From contig BAAIJX010000001.1 in NCBI GenBank assembly GCA_054600435.1, forward strand, positions 496,001 to 560,000: 64,000 bases of DNA, in the 5' to 3' direction. Below the pieces are notes generated by a model. That model made no database searches and was not told where the DNA came from. It worked only from the letters and a program-made list of their open reading frames with translations. Positions 45,265-55,952 of this stretch are shown one piece after another (the first letter of the stretch is position 1; each line of letters opens with the position of its first letter). Position numbers and translations under genes: made by a program. The stretch is from Neophaeotheca triangularis (taxonomy: Eukaryota).

Positions 45265-45273
45265 ATCTGATAA
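45265..45273 (+). promoter_or_regulatory. SreA/Sre1 iron-repressor GATA site (ATCWGATAA)
   Basis: Exact ATCTGATAA 80 bp upstream of the siderophore transporter ATG, with a near-match ATCTGATAT at 45062-45070. Confidence 0.75.
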
Positions 45274-45352
45274 GATTGAACTCTCTACCAACTTCCCTGC
45301 TTCCAGCATCGCTATCAACACTTGGATCACACCTTTTCTCTTTCCCAAGGAC

Positions 45353-47322
45353 ATGGTCATGCCAAAAGGTCGCCGCAAGAGCCGGCGTGACGATGACGAC
45401 CGCATAGAATCTGAACCGATTCTCGTTACCGAGCTCCAGCGGAGACCGTCGACTTATGGAGGCACTCTTAAGAACACCAGCACATACAGGGACGATTCCA
45501 TCAGCGGCTCAAGCGGCGATCGAGAAGCCGAAGCAGTCGAAAGTGACACTGATGAGGACGACGAGGCGACTCACCCTGATGGCGTGCGCGCCGTGCAAGC
45601 CGCAACCATCGTATGGAGTCGGAAGGCGCTGTTGGTCTCGTACGGCCTCATATTCCTGATCTTCTTCACGAACTCGCTTCAGCAACAAATACAAAGCAAC
45701 CTCGTCGGCTATGTCACAAGTGACTTTAAAAGGCACTCGCTGGTTGCCACTACTAATGTCGTCTCCACACTGCTGGCTGGTATTATGAAACTACCCATAT
45801 CCAAGCTTATCGACATCTTTGGTCGAGCCGAGGGATTCCTGGTCTGCTTGGCTTGTGCTGTTCTTGGTTTGATTATGATGGCAGCTTGCACGAATGTTGA
45901 GACCTACGCCGCAGCGCAGGTTGCGTATTGGGTAGGCTTCGGTGAGTGGAAAGCCCCGTAAGTCATTAGTGTCGCGAGTACTGACCTGCAATAACAGATG
46001 GCATTGCGTACGTTCTCAACGTCTTCATTGCGGATACTTCATCGCTTAAGAATCGGGCATTGTTATTCGCTTTCTCAACAAGCCCCTACATTGCCACAAC
46101 TTTTGCTGGACCAGCTATGGCGCAGAGTTTCTACGAGCACAGCAAATGGCAATGGGGGTTTGGCAGCTTCGCCATCATTACACCCATCGTTTGCTTGCCT
46201 TTTGTCTATGTGTTTGCTCACAACCAGCGCGAGGCGATCCGGCAAGGTGTACTTGTGCCGAATAGAGTGGCGAGCGGACGTACACGGTGGCAGTCGCTTG
46301 GGCACTATCTCATTGAGTTCGATGGTAAGTTCTGCGCTACAGACTGCTTATCTCTACGAAGTCGCAGCTTGTGACTAACTGGCTTTGCTGCAGCATTTGG
46401 TGTTTTGCTGCTTGTTACAGGCTTCTCCCTCCTGCTCCTTCCGCTGTCGCTCGCCGATTCACAAGCAAATCAATGGGCCTCGAACTCAATTATCACCATG
46501 TTATCGATTGGATTCGGGTGTTTGTGCCTCTTTCCCATCCACGAGCGATACCTCGCCCGTAAAACATTCGCGCCTTTCCATCTGCTTCTTGACCGCACAA
46601 TACTCGGCGCTTGTCTTCTCACGGCCACGCGCTTCGCCTCCTTCTACTGCTGGAACGCCTACCTCATTTCCCACTTGCAGGTCGTCTTTCAGCTGTCGAT
46701 AAAGGATGCAGGCTACATTGCCAGCATCTACAATATCGGCAACTGCGTCTTTTCCATCCTCACAGGTGGTCTAATACGCTGCTCTGGCCGGTTCAAATGG
46801 ATGGCTACACTCGCCGTACCGTTGCAGATTCTTGGTACGGGGCTGATGATCTACTTTCGTCAGCCGGGTACTCACCTTGGGTACGTCATCATGTCACAAA
46901 TCTTCATCGCGTTTAGCGGCGGCACGCTGGTCGTCACAGAAGAGCTTGCAATCATGGCGGCCGCGGGCCCTGACAATGTGGCCATTGTGCTGGCGCTGCA
47001 AGCGGTCTTTATGAGTATCGGCGGTGCAGTGGGGGCTTCTATCAGTGGTGCCATTTGGACGAACACGCTACCAACGTATCTGCGCGAGTACCTACCCCAG
47101 GACGCGCCTGTTGACGAGATATACGAGAGTTTGAAGAAGCAATTGAGTTACGAGTGGGAGAGCGCTACAAGGCAAGGAATCGTCATGGCATATGGCGAGA
47201 GCCAGAAGTGGATGTGCATTGCTGCTACCGGGATGCTGGGTCTGGCAATTGGGTTTGTGATGATGTGGAGGGACATCCTGGTCAAGGACTTCAAGAAGCC
47301 GTCGGGGAGCACGGTGCTGTGA
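45353..47322 (+). CDS. Siderophore-iron transporter (SIT/ARN family, MirB-like MFS)
   Basis: Introns 45942-45997 and 46325-46393. GV...QAATIVWSRKAL, YVTSDFKRHSL, KLIDIFGRAEG, NVETYAAAQV, ADTSSLKNRAL, IGGAVGASISGAIWTNTLP and AYGESQK are characteristic of fungal SIT transporters. Confidence 0.92.
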
Positions 47323-47899
47323 ATGCTTTTGGGTGCTGATCTGCGACAAGCCATCATTTACGAAGATACATAGCGAGGCGTTGAGGGCGTTTTGGGCCAA
47401 TATCACACAAAAACAATTCACCACGAACCCTCTCTCTTTCCCGATTTGTAGCGTGGGGAAGGGCGCCCCCGGTGAAGGTCGTTGGTTTGGCAGAAAGCAA
47501 GCATACGAAAGAGGCGCAGAGGGAAAGTATGTCTGCTGTCGGTCGCAAGTTTCAAGCCATTCGGGCGATGACCCGAAGATTGCAGTATTGCTTGACTCGG
47601 GCATATACATGATGAGCGCGTGGTTCAAGCGTGAGGTGTCTAGGTATCTACTCCGCTATGACGACCAAGCTGCATTTCCTTCCCGCGGTGGACTTGCTCG
47701 GATAAGGTAGCCTTCCGTCGAGTCTTTCTTCTCGCAGCGCATCCTCGTGTCAATATCGAATACCTAGGTACGGTTCAGTGCCCTTCGTTATCGTCGCACG
47801 CCCGCGAAGAGTTCAGGACTCTACAGCGGCCGGTGCGCAACGGTTTCAGAGTGCTCGGCTGGAAAAACGCGCTAGTGCGCTTGGCGTTGTTGACACTCG

Positions 47900-50509
47900 A
47901 TGGCGAAGCAGGACGACGAGCAAGAGGGGCGCAAGCCCAGGAGCAACAGCCTCGACAATCGTACCAACGACGACCAAAGATCTTTACCCTCGCCGCCTCC
48001 TCCTGTACCGCCGTTACCGGTAGACCTGCTGCACACCCCGGACCAAACCACTCAGCGCAAACATCACCACCGCCGCCAACTTTCCAACTTGCGCGACAGC
48101 CGAAACGAGAACAACGAGAACAACAACAATAGAAACTCGCTCTCCCCCGGCCCACCTTCAGCATCAGCGGCCTCTCGACCGGGCAAAGACTGGGCCGGTA
48201 GCGCCATCAAGCGGCTCCGACGCGAAAGACACGTCAAAGACACGCTCGCCCGCCTGGAGCAAATCAACAACAACGACGCCAGAAGCGAAGGCGAGAGCGC
48301 GTATGAGACGGCCGACGACGGCTCGAGCCAGTACCTACGGCAGAAATTGAGCAACAAACACCTCTCACTCGGTCGAGAGCGCGGGCCAGGGGACAGGACA
48401 CTGCGCGCGCGCGCCTCGCTGCCTGCCATGGCGCTGCGCGATCGGCGCGATGGCGAGGACTTGTTTGTGCAGTTGGGGAACGAGGAGGCGCGGCCTGCGA
48501 GTCGGCATGGGGGCGGCCAGTCGAGGCTCTCGGTGCTTTCGTCGCGCCAGGCGAAGCGGCAGTCGCTGCCTCCCGGTGGTGGGGCAATGGGATTGAGTGG
48601 GTCCGGCAGGGTGGGTGAGAGGCCGAAGTCTAGTGGCACGGTGCTGGAGTCTTCGTCGAGGACGGCTGGTTATCCTTCAGAGCTGTCGAGGCATGCGGAT
48701 CGTTTTAGGGAGTCTCGGATTGGGAGTGCGGGTAGTGTTGTTTCCGGCGCGGGTCGCGACGACAACGTGAGCGTTTCTGGTCGTTCGGTTTCGGGACGAA
48801 CGACACAGCGGCATTCATCAGGGCTCGCTGGGTTGCGAGAGCGCATTGGTTCGCCAGAGGTACCGCATTATGGCCGGCGACGACCCTCGTTTGGGGCGGC
48901 GTCGCAGCAACAGTATGCCCACCGCAACGCCCACACTGGTGTTCGAAAGACTAGTTCTCAGAGCGAGTCCCCTGCAGATGACTCTGAAATGAAGCACCGC
49001 TCAAATTCTATAGACTCCCAGACGGAGAGCTCTGGAGTTTGGGACGAACTTGACGAGCTCAAGTCTCGGATCAAGCACCTAGAGCTGGGGGGCAAAATGC
49101 CAATCACTTCAGGGGCAGCGATATCTGGAGGATCTAGCGAGCGCCCACGCACCGCAACGACTGCACCCACTACGATCGATTCGTCCCCAAAACAGGAACG
49201 CAAGCCTGAGGGTAATACAACCGACAAGGGCAATTCAGTTGGGGGCCCTGGTTTTGGCAATGTGCATCCTAACCTGCAATCTGCCCTGGCGAAAGCGAAA
49301 ACGTTACTCAATCCCTCTCTTTACCGTTCGCTGGAGAATACCGCAGCCAATGCCCTCCACTTAGCCGAGATGACCGGCAGCGCAGGACCTCAAGGCACCA
49401 ACTTCTCTGCCGCCTCCATCATCAATGGAGTCACAGTTTCGGATCGCCACGTGCGCCGAAAAGCCGACAACATGTGCCGCAGCCTGACTGATCTCTGCCT
49501 CGCTTTGTGCGACGGCAAACACGAAGCCGTCAACGCCTCCGCCTCGCCCATGCATCTCGATACCCCCATCGTCAGAGCAACCCCGCCCTCTCGTCTAGGC
49601 GCGCGCAACAGCATCGGCCCAGCCGACAAACTCCGTAGCAGCGAACGCGGAAGCGGAAGCCGACCCATGTCGCGACTCGAAGCGCGCAGAAGCAGTATAC
49701 TCGGTCCTGGCTCGAACCCAAACAGTGCCACAGCGAGTCCCCGGGACTTCGACCGCTTCGATGATTCCGAACGTGAACACACGCCGTCCGGGCCCCCTCG
49801 CTCCGCCATCCCAAACCACGTCTACGAAAGCGGCAACAGCAGCAACCGCCGCACCAGCGTTGGAGGCGCCCGAGCAAGCAGCTCTATGCTCCGCTCCCGC
49901 CTTTCAGCCGCACGCTCTCAATACGGCGAAGCCGACGAGCCCACCGAGCCCGACGAGCGCGAAGACCACACCATCCGCGCTCCCTCGCGAGCCATGACCG
50001 ACATCGGCGGCCTGCGATCCAGTAAGCGCGACAGCTTGCGACTGGCCCACAAGCGCAGCGACACCACCATCAATGAGAGTCACGCCAACAACGAGATTCT
50101 CCCGCAGCGTTCGCCGAGCTTAAGAGCGTCGCTCGCGACTCGCAGAAATAACCAGAATGCTCACGAGGGCAATGCTCGCGTTTCATCGTCAGCGGGGTTT
50201 TCCGAGAGCGCAGGTTTGGCTAGCCGGCGAAGGTCTTTTTTCACCGGCGCCGCGGCGGAGGAGGAGAGGGAGAGGAGAGGCGGCACGGCGCCGCCTGATG
50301 TGGCCGAGGAGGTTAAGAAGCGCAGCGCGGGTGAGTATGAGGAGACTGGGGAGGGTGTGGGCGAGTTGAGGGGTTTTGGGAAGGAGAGGGCTGGGAGTGG
50401 GGAGACTGTTGGTAGTGGCGCCGGGGGGAGTCGGAGTCGCAGGAGGATTGCGAGTTTGGGACCTTTTGGGGTTGGAGGGGGTGGGAGGCGGATTGGGAGT
50501 CTGACTTGA
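47900..50509 (+). CDS. Conserved, largely disordered fungal protein; possible Mto2/Spa18-like MTOC factor
   Basis: 869-aa Ser/Arg-rich ORF with two short ordered islands: a coiled coil VWDELDELKSRIKHLEL and HPNLQSALAKAK...RRKADNMCRSLTDLCLALC. The gene itself is likely real; the functional call is inference. Confidence 0.6.
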   Translation: MAKQDDEQEGRKPRSNSLDNRTNDDQRSLPSPPPPVPPLPVDLLHTPDQTTQRKHHHRRQLSNLRDSRNENNENNNNRNSLSPGPPSASAASRPGKDWAGSAIKRLRRERHVKDTLARLEQINNNDARSEGESAYETADDGSSQYLRQKLSNKHLSLGRERGPGDRTLRARASLPAMALRDRRDGEDLFVQLGNEEARPASRHGGGQSRLSVLSSRQAKRQSLPPGGGAMGLSGSGRVGERPKSSGTVLESSSRTAGYPSELSRHADRFRESRIGSAGSVVSGAGRDDNVSVSGRSVSGRTTQRHSSGLAGLRERIGSPEVPHYGRRRPSFGAASQQQYAHRNAHTGVRKTSSQSESPADDSEMKHRSNSIDSQTESSGVWDELDELKSRIKHLELGGKMPITSGAAISGGSSERPRTATTAPTTIDSSPKQERKPEGNTTDKGNSVGGPGFGNVHPNLQSALAKAKTLLNPSLYRSLENTAANALHLAEMTGSAGPQGTNFSAASIINGVTVSDRHVRRKADNMCRSLTDLCLALCDGKHEAVNASASPMHLDTPIVRATPPSRLGARNSIGPADKLRSSERGSGSRPMSRLEARRSSILGPGSNPNSATASPRDFDRFDDSEREHTPSGPPRSAIPNHVYESGNSSNRRTSVGGARASSSMLRSRLSAARSQYGEADEPTEPDEREDHTIRAPSRAMTDIGGLRSSKRDSLRLAHKRSDTTINESHANNEILPQRSPSLRASLATRRNNQNAHEGNARVSSSAGFSESAGLASRRRSFFTGAAAEEERERRGGTAPPDVAEEVKKRSAGEYEETGEGVGELRGFGKERAGSGETVGSGAGGSRSRRRIASLGPFGVGGGGRRIGSLT

Positions 50510-52974
50510 CCTGATTTTGTTGGAGGTTGGGGGTATGTCTGGTGTTGGTGGAAATACGCTTGCCAGGTCGGCTGGAGACTTGTGTGTTGGATGAAGGGAT
50601 ACTTGAATCGTCGTGCGGATACGCCCTCTCTCTCGTACCTCTTCGTGTGAAAGCGAGAGTGTGCACCTCGGTATGCAATTTTCTGCATTCTTTGGTGTCT
50701 TTGATGGTGAGGGCAATGGCTACGCTCTTAGTAAGTGCTCGAGGTACACAAAACCATGCTCTGACTAGTACCTACGATGGCGGTGGTTGCGCTACTAGTG
50801 CTATACACAATCAATGTACATTCCGACCTTGAAACCTGTCAAAAGGGGAGAAAGATCACTTTTGATTTACTCGTCGACTCTTAAGAGTACATACTATGTT
50901 AGGTATTCGGCAGTATATTGTCGGGTGGTAGCTTGAGATGCCACTGATTGGCCAGGGTCGTCGGGCACTAGCGAATGACCGAAAAAGCAGCTGGCTTGGT
51001 CAAACAACATCAGATCAGCTCTTCCATCAATGATGATTGGAAGTGAGGTGCGTAGTACACTCGGATCTTCTTCGCGATACTCCTGAGTATCACCGACCTG
51101 AACTATCTCCTGCGCACGGCATCGAGAACTCTGAAAATTCCCATCACTTTGCCATCGCCTTGGAAGACGGCAAAAGCTCATGGGTATTTTGTACAACCCG
51201 ATTGCAGGAGATTCTCGGTTCGACTCCAGACTGGCTACCGCCATGGAAGCATCGCAGAACTAAAAGATTAGACCCTCCACTCTCCAGCGATGGTTTCTGA
51301 GAGCCGCAGCAACAAAAGAACTATTGACTCAAATCGACCAATAAGGTACAAGGACGGGTTTTGATCGTCTCAAGGATGCTCTGCTAAACCACCTTTTCTG
51401 CCGCGCGTCTACCAGCCTATGGCCTCTAGCATGCCTTCCTACTCTGGTATCGACGTCGACGATTCTATGAGCGGGGCGCCCAAGCACTACCTAGCGCAAA
51501 CTAGCCATCGCCGAGCATTCTTTACTCCCATGGTTCACGCACCCCAGACGTTTGAAAGCATGTCTTAAACCTTCGCCTATGAGACAAGTAGGAGCGTCGA
51601 TCCGAAGGACTGCCGGCAGGCCGTTCTACCCTTTGTGCAGATCTATCATCTACTGCTCACGTTACCTCAAACATGTCGGCGCCGCTTAGGACGTTGAGTG
51701 GGCTAGAACCATCTCTGCCTTCTCTAGATTTCCACTCGTCGCCAATACCTAGATCAGCCGTCTCCCCGACGGCATCGCGCCTATGCACCGTGCTGTAGCA
51801 CTAACGATGCTGCGGATCCATACCTCACCACACCCTTTGGCCCTGTCGTGCCCTGGCGCACGCAGAGCGAGATCTCAGCGGGCAAATATCACTCGACCAC
51901 ACCTCTTTCGCAAAGCCAAGTGCTTACGTTACATTGATAGTGCCCCTGTCGCCATCCGATCTCACCCTACCTCTCTCTCTCGAGGACTTGAGTCATGACG
52001 GCTTCTCTGATGGTCTACCAAACACATTCCGAGGTGATGACGAATAATCGCGCTTGTACAGTCGAGCGGATATACCCTCAGAGATCTTTAGTTTTACCCA
52101 TAGCCTCTTCTACGGTTCAGCAACGGGACGGCGCCTTCAACCATCCGTAGAGCAGTACACTGTCCAACAGCGACCCTTCGCTATACCACGAAAGGCGCGT
52201 TGCTTACCGGAGGACAAAGGAATCGGGAAGACTTTGTGGAGGTCAACCTTCGAATCGTCCCGTCGTTCCTGTCATCTGGGAAGTACCCTAGCAGTTTCCA
52301 GTCTTCGAGACCGTCTGCTGCTTATCACTGGTCTACAAGGGTGCATTTTGTGTTCTATCCCTTTGGGATGTCACGCTTTTACGCAGGCAAGTCTAGTTGT
52401 TTTGTTCGGTGATGATTTGGTGGAATAGCTGCTCTTGTGGCTCTTGAAGGCCTTGGTGACGGCCCAGAAGAGGAAGGCAGGCCTAGTAAGAGCCTTTGCC
52501 TCTTCGAGGCTTCTTACCCAACATTTCTGTCCACGGTGACAACCTCACCATTGTCCCGCTAACCATCACTCACCGTCCCCGATCCTCAACTCGATAGGCT
52601 ACGCTTTTCATCATGCCCAATACCACGGTGTCGGTACTGTCGAAGTCATCTCCTCTCCTTTTCGGAGAGATCTTACGTCTCTGCGTCGACATTCTGGGAC
52701 CCAGATCTCGTGGTTGTTACGGCTTCCCGAGAAGGCCAGACCCTAGGATGTAGATTCCGACGTTCTCCAGGTCGTGATCGCTGTTGAAGCGCCCTAGAGC
52801 TCCCCAACCTAGGGGATGAAGCCACATGGGTTCCTCGGTGCATTTTCGAAGCTGTCGGTGAGTGCTCCGGGCTATCAGGTAAGGGGACTATATAGAGATG
52901 AAGCCCATCTGATCAAAGGTAGGATTCCAAAGGCGTTTCTACATCGTTTCATTCTTCCGTCAGTTACTGCAGCC

Positions 52975-54344
52975 ATGAAAGCCATATCATCCACTCTCAC
53001 CACAGTCCTCCTCAGCTCCGCTCTCGCGGCAGCCCAGACTCCCGTCAGGAACAATGGCAAACGTGGACTGTGCTGGAACGACATCGACCTAACACAGCCC
53101 TACTCCCTCTCGGGCCAAAATAGCAAAGTGTCATGGGACTACAACTGGTACTTCTCAGAGTGTCCCGCCTGGGAACCCAACTGCGGCACTCACAATCCAG
53201 CTCTGGATTTCGTGCCCATGCTCTACAGCGATAGCGACGAGTTCACCTCCGCCTGGCCGACCGCGGTCCAAAGAGCCCTCGATAACGGCCGCGACATGCT
53301 CTTCTCCTTCAACGAGCCCGACGCCTGTTTCGCCGGCATGTCCGCTTGCATGAGCATCGAACGCGCTGTAACGGCCTATAAGCGCTACATGATGCCCTAC
53401 GCCGGTCAGATCCGCATAGGCACTCCGTCCGTCACCAACGCCGGTGGCGAGTACGGTTTGGACTGGCTTAGAAGGTTCATGGCTGCTTGCGATGGCTGCA
53501 GATTTGACTATGTCAATATCCATTGGTATTCCAACAAGTATGCCGGGCTCAACTACTTGCAGTCTCACATCAACGAGACGAGGGCTTTGGCCGGCGGCAG
53601 GCCGATAGTCTTGAGCGAGTTTGGTCTAAGTCAGTCATTTCGCTAAATCCCATCGGATCGTCCGTCCATACCTTTTTGGAAAAGCTAACGTCAATCCCCT
53701 CAGTCAACGAAGAATGGCCTTACACGCAAGCCGAATTGCAAGATTTCTTGAGACAAAGCATGACGTGTAAGTCGAGCGACAAGTCCCCCAAGCCACGTGA
53801 GAAGCAGCCCACTGACGAAAGACTCTCGCCAGGGATGGACTCCCAACCCGACATCATCCGCTACGCTTACTTCATGAACTCGCCCGGCCAACTCATCAAC
53901 GCGGCCGGCACCGGGCTCAGCGACCTGGGCCGCATCTACAACAGCTACCCGTCCTCGTCAAGCGGGCCCTCCTCATCAACGACAACTCGACCGTCCACAA
54001 CAACGACCCGCCCCACGACCACATCCACATCCGCATCCACAACCACCACCCGCGCCCCAGCCCCCTCCGCACCCCCAACAACCCCCCGCTGCCCGGCCTC
54101 CAACGCCCTAACCTACGGCACCAGCAACGCGCGCCGCTTCCGCATCGAATGCGGCCAAAACCGGCGGGGCAGCGCCTTTGGCATCATGCGCGGCGCGACC
54201 TTTTCGCAATGCATCAACGCGTGCGCCGCGCGAGAGCGCTGCGTCGACTTGAGCTTTGTCGCTGCCGAGGGGACTTGTACTCTGAAGAGCTCGGTCGGCG
54301 TGGCCGTGGGCGCTGTGGGGACTTGGGGGGCTAGGGGGGTTTGA
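52975..54344 (+). CDS. Secreted GH128 (Asl1-like) beta-1,3-glucanase with Ser/Thr linker and C-terminal apple/PAN-like Cys domain
   Basis: Signal peptide MKAISSTLTTVLLSSALAAA, then KRGL, WDYNW, FVPMLY, FNEPD, IHWY, LSEFG and RYAYF. Introns 53630-53703 and 53767-53832. C-terminal CP...FRIECG...CINACA...CVDLSF...CTLKS. Confidence 0.88.
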
Positions 54345-54977
54345 GTCTTTTTTTTTTCTTGCTTTCTTTCATCCTTTTTTTTTTCCTCCCCCTTTTGTCG
54401 GTCTTGGTTTAGTTTAGTTTGGGTTAGGTTGTTGGGTTAGGTTTTAGGGGGAGGTCTGTTCTTTTCTCTCCTGTGGCAGGGCTGGGGTTAGTCTAGGGAA
54501 GGTGGGATTTTGGCGTTTTCCGATTTGACCAAGGGCGGTGTTTCGTAGAAGACTTTTGTGTTCCTGCAGCTCCATCGTTTATATATATATGAACCGTTAC
54601 GACGGAAATGTTAAGATCGTAACATTCTAAATTCATCATGGTTCAGACGAGGCTAGGGAAGCTGAATAGTCACGCGTCAGAGATCGGATCATGTGTCCGC
54701 CTTTGGCAGCCGTCGCTGGAGCTTAGTCCGAGGATTCCGAGCAAATTGCCAAAGATGAGTGAAGGATGAGTACTAGAACTCTTACTGAAAATTCCGAAAA
54801 TATGACCAGAAAGATGGGGAAAGGTTGATTAGTAGAAATTTTACGAGATTTGAAAATGGTATGCAGCTTTTTCGAATACGCCTAGCTACGGAAGCACGAT
54901 GAACGCCCCCCCAAAACTAGTGCATCATCTTTTCGAGACGGCAAAAGGGGAATCCATCACAACTACAGCATCCACCT

Positions 54978-55952
54978 CTAGTACTCAGGTGCACCAGCGG
55001 CTGGCTGACCCTCCTCAGTCACACCACCCTGGTCCTCGGCAGCGGCTTGCTGCATCTGCTGCTGCTGCTGCTGGAGCTGAGCAGCCTGAGCAGCCTTGGC
55101 GCCGTAGTCCATGGACTTGGGCTCGCCCACGGGCTGCTCGTCCTTGGGCTCGATAACGACGACGGAGTCGGGCAGACCCTTGCCGGCACCCTTACCCTCG
55201 CCGGTTGGGTCCGAGGGAGAAGAAGAGGCGCGCATGATCTTGACCTTGATACCGAGCACACCTTGTCTGAGCAGGACGTGACGGGTGGCGTTGTCGATAA
55301 AGTCCTCGGCGGGTTGACCGGAGTGGATCATGAAGCCATCGGTGAACTTCATGCTCTTGGCACGGGCGGCGCGCAGCTTGCCGGAAACGACAACCTCACA
55401 ACCCTTGGCGCCAGACTCCATGATGAAACGGAGGACACCATAGCATGCACGACGGACGGCAAGACCGTTCAGGAGCTTGTAGCGGAGAGACTCGCACTGG
55501 GCAACGGCGGAGAGACCACGGGACTGGACCTTGGCGGCGTAGAGAGAGACCGAGTCCGGGGGGAAGCGGTAACGGTGGGTGATGAGCGAGGTGAGCTAGG
55601 AGAATTGTCAGTCACGGCGTGTTGGGTATCGTAGTTGTACGGGAAATGCTCACCTCACGAATCCTCCTGCCCTGCTCTCCGAGAACCTCTTGAGTGTGGG
55701 TGGCGCGGATGATGATGTCGGTGACGGTGGGAGTGACGCGGACCTCGACGCCGGAGTAACCCTCCTCGGCCAGCTCGCGCTGGAAGAACTCGTTGAGCTC
55801 GGCGTAGAAGACACCATCGGCGATGAACTTTCTGCGCTTGGAGCTGTGTGGTTCGGTCAGCACATGAGTCCTCCACGGTGTTTGTGTTGCAAAGACTGAA
55901 CGTACACGTTGGCGCCGCTCAAGGCCTGCGCCGGGGCTTGGACCTGCTGCAT
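54978..55952 (-). CDS. RPS3: 40S ribosomal protein S3 (uS3)
   Basis: Exons 55952-55906, 55843-55654, 55595-54978. [53 protein letters not shown] and [14 protein letters not shown]. Confidence 0.97.

Noticed and set aside
44632..45405. 257-aa antisense ORF across the siderophore-transporter promoter
   Set aside because: No recognisable domain or coding-like composition, and it overlaps regulatory motifs.
51190..51236. GGTTCGACTCC B-box/T-loop-like sequence
   Set aside because: No acceptor, D or anticodon stems could be built around it.
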